Origin: Camelus ferus
Taxonomy: Eukaryota
Assembly (NCBI RefSeq): GCF_009834535.1
Contig: NC_045697.1
Location: 19,098,001-19,162,000 of the forward strand
Length of the DNA stretch: 64,000 nt
Reading direction: 5' to 3'
Shown: positions 12,381 to 23,039 of the stretch, in pieces
How positions within the stretch are numbered: position 1 is the stretch's first letter
Layout: each line of letters begins with the position of its first letter
The notes under the pieces: model-generated
The model's input: the letters and a program-made list of their open reading frames with translations, nothing else
Told to the model about the DNA's origin: nothing
Database searches by the model: none
Made by a program: the position numbers and the translations under genes

Positions 12381-13189
12381 CAGATGCTTGACGTCATGAA
12401 TGGGTGAAAATTAGACAATAAAAGCATTCTGTAAATAAATGGTAAATCGTGAGGTTTGGACGTTAAGAGGTATAAACCAAGCTGTAGGAGTGTCAGGGAA
12501 AAGGAGTCAAAGTGGATTTTGAATAGGATTTGGCAAGAGAAAAGGAGAGAAGACAGCTTTTGGGAGGCAAGGAAAGGGAAAGCAAAGGCTTAGAGGTGGA
12601 ACAGGAAACCTGAGAAGAAAGGGAAGTGATTGCCTCAACTGGAACCTTGTGTTTACGTTTGCCTTGCAAATTGGAGCATCTGTAATTCTAGCTATAGGAT
12701 TCGGTTCCAAACCAACAGACTTTCTCTTTTCTGCATCTAGGTTTATGCTAGATGCCGAGTAATAACTATACCTTTGTTCAGCAAGAAGGTGCATTCTGGC
12801 CATTCACTTAACAGTCGGAAACCTTGGTACCCGTGACAAAGATGATACGAGATGGAGGATTTCTTGCTGAACCCTGTCCTGGGAGGGGACCCTTTAGTGC
12901 TTTCAGGTTCTTTATCTCTGCAACTCCTTTGTGGCTCCACTAGTGAGAGGAATAAACACTTAATCATAATCCCAAATCCAGTACCCTCTCAGTGCCAGCA
13001 TCTATCTTTAAAAGAAAGAAAAAAGTCCACATCATCTTTGTTTAAAGAGGCTTGGCCCCAGTGATTTGTTAATTTGTTCGTGGTTTCATACTGCTGTTAC
13101 TGCTGTAACAGTTTGCTCTGCCTAATTTAACAACTGATTAACTACTACTTTAGCCTCTAATTGTTTAATGGGTGTACATTTTAATCTCC

Positions 13190-13356
13190 TAAGCAAGATT
13201 ATAAGATTCCCGAGGCAGGAACTGTGTTCTCTATCTTGTATCTCTGAATACTGACTTGATTTTTTTCAAGTGTCTCTCTTATGCCCCTTGAAACACCAAT
13301 ATTGAGTACTCTGCCTGGCACATGCTAGGCACTCAGTTAATATTGAATGAATGAAA
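13190..13356 (+). mobile_element. LINE-2 3' end
   Basis: AGATTATAAGATTCCCGAGGCAGG...TGCCTGGCACATGCTAGGCACTCAGTTAATATTGAATGAATGAA. Confidence 0.7.
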
Positions 13357-14064
13357 TGTTGCCTGCTGGAGAGCAAGAAACAAGCCTGTTATTCCTTTAT
13401 ATTTTGCTGGCTTTCTAGAAGAACTATCTCCTTTAGGAGGACATTCAGCAAATATGTAACTTGATTGCTGTGCCTTTCAGCAGCGGAAATATAATCTCCC
13501 TGTTGCCTTATAAAGAAATACCACCTAAACACCATGCCCCCAAGAAGTCTGTCAAGAAATCATTGTGGATAGATTGATTAGCCTCAAAGAAATTCTTAAT
13601 TCTTTTCTGAAGTGTGCATCTGCCCTTCCACAGGCAGTGATATTCATAGTTATGTTGGCTAGGCTGCCTAAGAAATTCTTTGGGAGAGTGTAACTTGAGT
13701 ATCTTCTTGACTTGAGAAAACAAACCAATAAAAAACCAAATCAAAACCCTAACCCAACAATAGAACCCAATACCAAACAGGACTTTTGTGCTTAAGAACC
13801 CTATTGCAAATCTTTAACAATTTTGTGCCGCTGGAGAGAGAATGCCTGCGTGTGTGTGTGTGTGTGTGGGGGTGCTTCAGTCAAGGTAGGTGAAGCCAAA
13901 TCCAGTCTGAACCACGTTTTTCTGTCAACCTATTCAGCTGACAGCAAAGACTCCATGGGGTGGGGTGCTGTTCTGGAGGTGTTGAGTTCAGCTAAAGTTT
14001 AAATACAGGAGGGTCGGAGGCTAGAGCAAATCCTTTTCAATGTTTACATTCAGTGGTGCTACAA

Positions 14065-14260
14065 CTAACCTGCCTCTCATTTACTAGCTTTGGAACCTGG
14101 GGGGCAAGTAATGACATTTTTCGGCTTTAGCGTCCTCTTTTGTAAAATGGGTATGAAAACGGTACCACCCACCTAACTTCTAGAATTATAATGTGTAAAT
14201 CTGTAAAGCGCTTAGGACACTGCCTGGCACACTGGCACGTAGCAAGATCTTTAAGTGTTT
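14065..14260 (+). mobile_element. MIR SINE adjoining the STIM2 promoter
   Basis: TTTACTAGCT...GGGCAAGT...TGTAAAATGGG...TGTAAAGCGCTTAGGACACTGCCTGGCAC. Confidence 0.75.
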
Positions 14261-14786
14261 AATAAGTAAAACCCTACGCTGTGCTAACCTCCACTTCCAC
14301 ACTGCTAGCCTCTTATTAAGCCCCACCGATACCGAAATTCTGGAGACGCCGCTTTTCTGATTACAAGGTTTTCTAACCCACGCAATTATTTTTGCTGCCG
14401 TTTGCAGGGCTAAAACTCGCCCAAACGATTTGGGATATCCGTATTCTTATCCCCGCCCCCTTCGTTCCCGCTCCCCCTCCCCCGCCGCCTGAGTAGCTGT
14501 GGGGGCGTGAATGGGGGAGGGGGGCATGCCCGTCTTCCCTCCCACCCCCTATCTTCGCTGCTCCGCGAAAGCCTTAGAAACCTCCTCAAGGCTCTCGGGT
14601 CCTCCGAGGAACGCCCCCGGGGGGCGGGGCTTCAAAGCCGCGCAGGCCCAGTGCAGCAGCACCGCGCCTGCGCGTTGGAGAGGCTGAAGGAGGCGGGGGA
14701 TTGCTATGCGAGCGAATGTGTGAGGGGAGGAGGCGTCCGGGCCGAGCGTGGTACTACGACGGGCGCGGGCCGGAGGGGGCGGGGGG

Positions 14787-14954
14787 ATGCGCCGCGGCGG
14801 TGGCGGCGGCGGCGGCGGCGGCGCGGGCGCTGGGACTGGTGTTTGGAGGCGCCAGAGCAGCGGATCCCGGTCTCGCTGCCGCAGCACCGCGGGTGTGGCG
14901 CGCGGCCTGAAGACGCCGTACCTTTTTGCTCCTCACCTTTTTTTTTTTTTTTAA
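14787..14954 (+). other. Upstream ORF (55 aa, contains Gly9) in the putative STIM2 5' leader
   Basis: GGGATGC start (G at -3), reads MRRGGGGGGGGGAGAG...LFFFF, ends at TAA 14952-14954. Whether it is transcribed and translated is not shown. Confidence 0.5.
14796..14822 (+). repeat. GGC trinucleotide repeat: GGC GGT (GGC)7
   Basis: Read directly from the sequence. Confidence 0.95.
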
Positions 14955-14967
14955 ATAACCGGAACCA

Positions 14968-15376
14968 ATGAACGCAGCCGGGACCCGAGCTCCGGAGGCC
15001 GCCGGTGCCGACGCGACCAGGCTGGCGCCCCGCAGGAGCTCGAGTCTGAGGCGGCGGGGGCGGCCCGAGGAGTCACAGGCGGCGGTGGCGGCGCCTCGCG
15101 GAGCGGGCGAGTGGCCGGTGGCCGGGGCGCCGCCGCGCTTTCTCCCCGCTCCTCCTCCGCGTCCTCATCCCGCCACGACGCCCGGCCCGGCCTCGGGCTG
15201 GCTGCGGCGGCGGCGCTGGGCTGCGCTGCTGGTGCTCGGGCTGCTGGTGGCCGGCGCGGCGGACGGATGCGAGCTGGTGCCCAGGCACCTCCGCGGGCGG
15301 CGGGCGGCGGGCTCTACCGCGGCGGCCGCCTCCACTCACGCCGCGGCGGCGGGCGACGGCCCGGCGCTTATGACAG
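14968..15376 (+). CDS. STIM2: STIM2 (stromal interaction molecule 2) coding exon 1: extended signal peptide plus start of the luminal domain
   Basis: Translation MNAAGTRAPEAAGAD...WLRRRRWAALLVLGLLVAGAADG|CELVPRHLRGRR...GDGPALMT matches the STIM2 N-terminus as I recall it. Donor ACAG|GTGAGG at 15376/15377 is phase 1 (next residue D of DPCMSL in exon 2). An in-frame TAA lies upstream at 14956-14958. Confidence 0.96.
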
Positions 15377-18300
15377 GTGAGGGCCGGGAGGGCGAAGGGC
15401 GGGGCTCGGCTGGGCGCTGCGGGACCCCCATCCCCGGGAAGGGCCCGCACTCCTGCGGGGCCGCCTGCTGTTCGACGGCCGCGGCCAGTGTGGGATGCCG
15501 AGCCGGGTGCCCAGACGCCGGCGCCCCGGCAGCTGCTTCGTCGCGGTTCCCTGCACTCGGGACGCCTTCCCTCTCCCCCCTGACACTCCGCCCTCGGCTG
15601 AGCCTCTAGACGGCACTCACTTCCCCGCCCTTAAGTCTACCCCGCGATGTTCTACGCTGAGCAATGCGGTGGTTTCTCTTCCGTGCTGCAGAAGAGCCAG
15701 CAGGGTCTGCAGGGTACTGGGCTGATTTTTTTTTTAAGCTGCTGGAAGTCAGCAGCAGCAATGCGGTATTGAGTCCGCCTCTGGTGCTGCTTTTGCAAAG
15801 GCAGCTGGCAGCGAGTCTCACAGGTTCAAAGCCCCGCTGAGCACAGTGTCCCACGGGAGGCTGCTAGAGCGGATTCTTTGAGAGACTTAATACCTAGTGG
15901 TATTAGTGGTTCCTTATAAGTATGCGGAAACCTCTAAGTCTAATGTGTATTTTTTGGGGGGTGGAAGGAAGACCGTTTTGCTGGTGGGAGCATCACTGGG
16001 TGACAAAGGGTACAGAAATCTCAGCAGGTAACCAGGAATATACCTAAAATTTACCAAGTGCAGGGTATTTGGTGCTTTGTATTTGAGCAGCGCAGTTCTG
16101 ATAGGGTGCACCAGCATCTTTTAAAATATGGAACGTTCTTGAAATTATTGAAAACTTGCAAACGTGTGGTAAGGTTAGGTGGAAAAATGACTCCTCTTAA
16201 AGCTTTCCAGTGTCATGTACAACTGATAGGTTGTGGTTTAAGTAATGATCAAGGGATCGTGGAATGATTTCTTTTGGAAAAGTAGTGGCCACGTTTAAAG
16301 TAAGCTTTTTTTTTTGTGGCACTTTTCTTTATTTTTAAAAGTAATCTGTAAGTTTTCTAGATTAATTGCAAGAATAAAAAGGGAAAAGTAAAGCGGAACA
16401 CAATGACCCTTCATTAATTTAACCAGAGTGATAGTCCAACAGGCGTTTGAAAGTTACTAACAGCTGCTGTGAGTGGTGCTCAGGAGCTATATTCTTTAGA
16501 GCAAAGCAGCTATTCTCTGGGTTCTGTGACAGGATGTTGACTATTCTAGAGAGGAAGGTGTTGGTAAACTTTCCAAGCTCTTTGGAAGTTGTAATGTATG
16601 GAACATAATGATCAGAATATTTAATTTGCTTTACCCTGAAATAAATCAAGCCCTTTTAAATGAGCTTGAAACATCAAACCTACCTCTGGGTAATTTTGAT
16701 AAAATGATTACAGAATGATCAGTATTAGGAGTATAATATAGTTTGAGTAAGAGGGTAGGTTGGATAGTTTTATGCTTCAGTAGTCTTATGGTGATTATTA
16801 GGGAAGTAACAAGCTAAAACTATAAAGTGAAGGTTCAGTGCCTCATGCAGGAAGGGAGGGAGCTGAACTGTTTGGGTTTCTAGAAGCTGTGGAGTGTGGC
16901 TCTTGGTTTCTTGAAAAGAAAAGTTTGGTTATTAAATAATTGGCTAATGTTTTACCAATATGTAATTGGTAGAAGGGCACATGATTCAGAAAACTTAGTA
17001 TTTATTAACCACTAATGTATATGGGTGTCGTGTAGATTATTTCAAGAAAATTACTTCAGATGGAATTTTATTTTAGTAAGCTGTTTATAATCCTTCCTTT
17101 TGAAGACTTAAATTCCTCTGAGTTATTTATGGTATTGTGAAAGAGGAAAAGTGATTCTTACTGGATAAAAAGTCTGATATATCACAGAAAAATGAGTTTG
17201 TGCTATAGTGCTTTAAAATAAGTTTACTAAAATGATATTTACCCTGGAATTTATTTTTAATATTCTTATTGTTTCTCCTTGTTAGAGTATTGAGTTTTGA
17301 CTAGTTAGAAATTTCCATTTAAAATTTAAGGTAATAAAACTACGCTAAGTTCAAGTTAAATTGTGGTCATTTTAGTAAGTTTACGTAAATACAGTCAATA
17401 GCACTGGTATCTGAGAAAAGATAAATTGAAATTCCATGGTAAAGTTAGAGCATATTGAAAATTTCTTTGAATTTTATGATCCATACAGGACTCCTTCCTA
17501 CTCTTCTGATTGTATGAATAATGCTTTCTTTTATGGTTTCCATTTGTAAATGTTGTGCTAAACCCAGAATGTAATTGATTATTGCTATTATACACTTCGG
17601 GAAGTAGAGCCATAGACTGAACTTAAAAAATACTGTGTTATCATATTCTAAGCAGTGTTAGTGGATAGAAATGGGGTGGAGAGCGTCAGTAATAAAACTA
17701 AGCTTCATGTGAATTTTAAAAGTGGAAAATTCTTGTAAGAATTCTGAGAGAATTATTCTCTCTGGCTCTGTATTAAACATGTCATTTAACTGTGAATTCT
17801 TGATAGCTCTAAAAATGACAGCCCAAATCACTTTATCTTCTCTTTTCCTCTACAGATGAATATTTTAAATACTTACCTTTATAAGCTTCATAAGTTTGCG
17901 TCTTACTTGTCTGGTCTAGAAAACATTCTTTTCCACTGAAGTTTGCCTCTCAAGAGTTTTACTTTAGAAGTTTAGTGTATTTTAAGAATAAATCGCCTTT
18001 AAATCATCTATTGCATGCTTAGTTTTGAGCAAGCAGGTGTTATTATGAAGAGAGTATGACAAGTCATCAAAATAAACAGACCTGTTGTCATAAGAATATT
18101 GGTTTATATTGTCTTTTCCTTTTTTATATCACCCTTTCAAGATTCAGTCTGCAAATATTTTGAAAAGATGAAACCATTAAATATTTACAATGCTATGTAG
18201 TAAGGGCTTAAGTTATATATAATTTCAATAATAACAATAATTTAATAATATATGTATAGTTAGAGTTCTTACTTTGAAAGTAATTGAAATTTAAAGCAAG

Positions 18301-20004
18301 TTAGGGATTGGTGATTGAGGGCTTGTTGATTATAATCTAAAGCAGTGCTTTAATAATTCAAAACATCACTTTTTTTTTCTTTTTTGCCTAACAGATTTAG
18401 AAGTAATGAACTGATCCCAGTAGGGAGTGATCTCATCCAGATGTGGTCCTTGAGAAATAGTTTATGAAAGGGCAATGTCTATGAAATAGACATATACACA
18501 TACATAAATATATCGCACATATATATAGAACACAATTCTTTATTCTACAGTTCTTAATTCTGTAATAATTGAAACATTAAAACATTTTTTTCTTACATGT
18601 AATTGTTTCAGAATTTTTTTAAAACAAATTTTAACTTTAGAAATATTTGCTTTTTTTAAAATGAACTAATGATGCTTTCTTTAGTGCCTTTGTAAAGGTT
18701 TTACCTTAACTATAACACTTTTCACTAGTTTGCTGTTACTAGTCATAGAAAATGCATATTTTAAAACATGTCTTTTGGAATAATTAAAATTTCAATGGAA
18801 ATTTAAAATATTCTTAGTTTGAAAATATAATTTCATTTAGAAGAGCCACTTTCCTCTCTGGCGTTAAACACATTGTGTAGTGGGGCTTTCGGTAATTTGT
18901 ATGCAAATACCTCGCGTGAGCGTGATTGCCATTAGAAAAATGTTAAGCTTCACCTTTCATCACCTTGCCTTCCTAACATTTACACAGCAAATGTCACTTT
19001 TTTTTTTTTAAATTAGCAGTTGGCTGGAGTGTAGCATGCATCTATTGCTTTGAGTAATGTTTTGTGATAAATTTACATGTGTAAGTGTTTTGATTGTGAC
19101 AATAATTAAATTCATAGTGTAGTTCACATAGTAATAGAAACTGTTGTTTCTTTTGTGAAGTTACCCTTTTTGTATTTAGCTTAGGATTTCCTGAGGCCGC
19201 CTTTTGATGACTAGGTCTTCTGCTATATCCTTTTTTTCCTTTCCCGTAGTTACCATTTACCAGTCCCTTTCTTCATCAGGTTTTTCACCATTGCTGTAGG
19301 TTGCCTTTTCTTTTTCCTGTGGCTAACTATAGAATTAAAGAATATACTCTCATCCCTTTTGATCTAGTCTATTCTGACAGTTTAAGAATCAGTAATAATC
19401 TCACTGGTCTGGTAACATTGCATCCTTTGGTACTCTTTTTGAGAATACTATGGCAGAACTGATTGGTCTCTGTTGGGAATCCCCTGGCACAGGAAAAACT
19501 CAAATGGCCAGCTGGAAAAGTGGGTTCAGGATTTAGCTTAATTTTAACAATAGGAGGATCCACACAGGAATTCTCTAATTTGCTAAAGTCTTCCTTTGTG
19601 GTTGGATACATGCTAATGTTTTTAGATTAATTTAGAGTTTTGAATAACTGTATCAAACATTTTGGATATTGCCCTACTCAGTGATAATAATGCAGTGTGG
19701 AACACTTTTAAAATGATGCATGGAGATTTGTATTTGTACATATGGTAGCTAAAGTATGTACTCATTAAGCTAATGTTAAAATTAACAGCTAAAAGTATGA
19801 TTAGCAAGCCATTTTTTGATATTCACCAGAATTAGGACCTTATTAAGAACTGCCTAGGAGATTACTTCTGAATTGATCAGATTTCATCAACTAAGCAATT
19901 ATTAAGCACATGCAGATTACCACATTGTAGGAGTAGTAAAAAATACAGAAGAGAATAAAACGTGGGTCTGTCTATTGGGAATAATAGGCATATTTTTTAA
20001 ACTA

Positions 20005-20220
20005 TTACTAGTGGTCAGTATTGTGCTGAGTGCTTTATATATATATCACTGTTTTTGATTCTGAGATTAATTCTGTTAGATAGTTGCTAGCCTCAGATAA
20101 GAGATGAGGAAACTGATGCAGGATGATCTTAAGTAACTTGCCCAAGGTCACAGTGAGTAGCAAAGTCAGTCGTTGACCTAGGTTTCTCTCATTCCAAAGC
20201 TTTGATTCTTAACTGGTATG
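20005..20220 (-). mobile_element. MIR SINE
   Basis: GATGAGGAAACTGA...AAGTAACTTGCCCAAGGTCACAG. Confidence 0.75.
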
Positions 20221-23039
20221 TTGTATGCATCCTTATACAGACTGCGATTAAGAATAACAGACTGCAAAATATTGGGAAAAGGAAGGCTACTAAAGAATAT
20301 TACTTGAAGGAGGGTTGGGTTTGAGCTGGACCTTGATGTACAGATAGGACTTCTTGTGGAGATGAGTGAAAGGACTTTCCAGGAGGAGGCATAAGCAAGA
20401 ATAAGGAGTTAGTTTATAGTTTTTTTTGGAGTTAAGCATAGGGTGTATGTAGAGTAGTGGGAAATGCAAGGAGAAAAAAGTTTTGGTCAAAGTATCAAGA
20501 GCTTTAGTATTACCTACTTTATTCCATATGTATTGAAATGTCAACACATCTGAAACTGGGGTATTCAGCCATGTGCTGAGGAGTATGGAAAGCCACAGGA
20601 AAGTTATGATACAATTTTCTTGATATATTCATTTTACTAGGTTATTTTGGAAATAAACATTAGATATTTAATAGTAATTTAAAACATTTAACAATACTAA
20701 ACATGCACAACTTATGGGAAAATGTAAGTTTACTTTAAATTTTAAGGTAAAACTAAAGGCTTAAAAAGGTATTTTGACCTTTCAGAATGTTTTGTTCATA
20801 AATGTAGAGTTCTAAATCTGTTATCCTGTTATCCTGTCAGGGATTGAGAAGCCCTGAGGTTTTTAAACATGGGAGTGACATGACCTCAGTGTTTGAGAAA
20901 GCTAAGTCTGGGTGGATGGAAATGAGGAGATAATAGAGATAAATAAAGAGGCCATTTAGTAAGCTATATAGGAGTCAAGGTCTTGAGAGTTCAAATGATG
21001 TTGTGGCTATGAAAATATTTAGAGGAAATTTTATAAAATGTTTTTTGTTATTAGATTTAAAAGGAATCTGTAGGAAGTCTAAAATGAAATTTACCTTTTA
21101 AACTCCTAGAGTTTGTAGAATGACTTAAAGTGGTACAAGTCCTTGAAAACAAGCAAGAGGAAACACCTTGTTGTAGTGTCTCCTTCATTTCTAATGTGCC
21201 TATTTAATATAAAATTATTTTTATATATGATTGGACTTACTTGAGGATTTACAAAGTGTATGAAACTTTTTAATAATCCATATTTAAAAGTGCATGTTTA
21301 TTCCTTAACAAAGGATAACTGTTTCCAGATTGAACTAACATTACAGTGCATCAGAGTTGAACTCCCCCGACCCCACCCTGCTTTGAATAACAGTGTCTCA
21401 GAGTACTTGACATAATTTTTTTCAATATTAACTTTTGAATTTCATTGTGTGAATTTCACACCTGATCTGTAGATGATGATTTCAAAAGCGAAATCTGAAT
21501 GATTTGTTCTTTTCCTTAGTCTTCTAGATCTTTATGTTAGTAAGTATTAGATATTCAGTCCTCCTTGACACTTGCTGATCCTACCTTCAATAACTGTCTC
21601 CTTGCCTGGTTTCATTGTTGCTAATTTTAAAGGTGATTCTCTCCTAAGCCTCTGTCCTTAGTCTGTGTTCCTCTAGCCTAGCTGAACATTTCCTCCTCAG
21701 AGAACTTCATTACTAGGAAAGTTCTCAGTTGACGGTGGGGAACCCTAAGCCAATGATTGATTTGACTTTTGGCACTATTTCATTTGGCCCTTGAGGTGAT
21801 ACTGCACAACCATCATGGCTGCAGTCCTGAGAGTCATTTCCTCTCTCCTGGGCTTCATCAGCCATCTCGTCTAAAGTGAAACAACTTTAGGATTAAGGAT
21901 TAGTTGTAGAATTTCTGATAGTGACTACTCAAGTATTTTCTTAAGATAATGATAACTCCCCCACCCCAGGACCAGGAAACCAGAGGATGACAAGAACAGT
22001 TTACTTGGACTAACATTCATTTCAGAACCCAGCTGCCTGTATCTGCCCCAGTGGTTTCTTACAAATGAATTTTTTTGTGTGCTTCTGGATCTCGGCTTCT
22101 GTGTAACTTACTCTTTTCCTCTAGTCATTTTCACTTTCTTTCTCTATTTTCCTAAACTTGACATACTGTGGAACTGAAAACTTGAAAAATGATTTTACTG
22201 AATTAAGTAAAAACTGGGTTTTTAATTTTAAAAATCCTTGAAGTGAATATCTTATTGATGTAATTAAAAAATACCAAGAAACCTCATCACAAACCCCCAG
22301 AGTGATGAGAGCGATTTGTAACTGTTTCTTAAATGATTCTCAGTAAGTGAAAAATGTTTTAAAAATAGTTATTTGTGATTTTTTCCTGCTATTCAGTGCA
22401 GGATACATTTCACAGATCCATGTTATTGAACTCGTGTTTTCTTTCCACTATTGTTTTTCTTTCCTTTTAAAAATATCTGATGTTGAGTAATAGATAATCT
22501 TAATTCCCATTCTTCTTTACTTCCATTCTCCAGCAATAAATCTCTTAACTGTTCCATTAATGACGAATATATACTTTTCCTTTGTTTCCCTGCTGTCTGT
22601 TATCTTCCACTCTTCTTTCTACTTTGTCACCCACATTCACACCATGTTAATCCTTGATATTTCTTTCTTTTGTATTTCTGAGTGCCAAATGAAAAAAAAA
22701 AACTACTTTAAATCTTTGTCCAGCTGTGATATAGATATCCTTTGCTGTTTTTTGAAGTTGGTTTCTTAAATGTGCCTTTTGATGTGCATCCAGTGTTTGG
22801 TTTTAGGTCTGTTGAAATGGGTCCTAAAAAGAACCATATAGGTTAAAAGTGAGAAAGTCAGACTTAAGTGAATGTGTGTGTACACATGTGGTTTTGAACA
22901 TTTTTAGGTGACTGTTTTGTGTCAGACATGATGCAAAGAACTGGAGGCATAAAAATTGACCATTTTTATTGTTACAAGAACAGTATAAAGTTGAAAATTG
23001 CCTGAGTGGATTGAATAATTTAAAAAGTATATAACTATC

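Larger units (their letters stand above)
14440..15700. promoter_or_regulatory. CpG island / STIM2 promoter and 5' UTR with GC boxes
   Basis: Very high GC and CpG density. GGGGCGGGG boxes at ~14622 and ~14776, and CCCCGCCCC at ~14451. Encloses exon 1. Confidence 0.9.

Noticed and set aside
14507..14971. 154-aa poly-Arg-frame ORF and a possible UUUAAAU frameshift site
   Set aside because: GTG start with no in-frame AUG, probably upstream of the TSS. The heptamer is out of phase for the polyGly uORF, and nearby stops block fusion to STIM2.
15377..15609. C-terminal part of the 213-aa ORF as STIM2 coding sequence
   Set aside because: Similarity to STIM2 ends at PALMT, exactly at a GTGAGG donor. 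The rest is intron read-through.
15770..15792. CTCF site (minus strand GCACCAGAGGCGG)
   Set aside because: One base short in the G-run relative to the CCASYAGRKGGCR core, so too weak to call.
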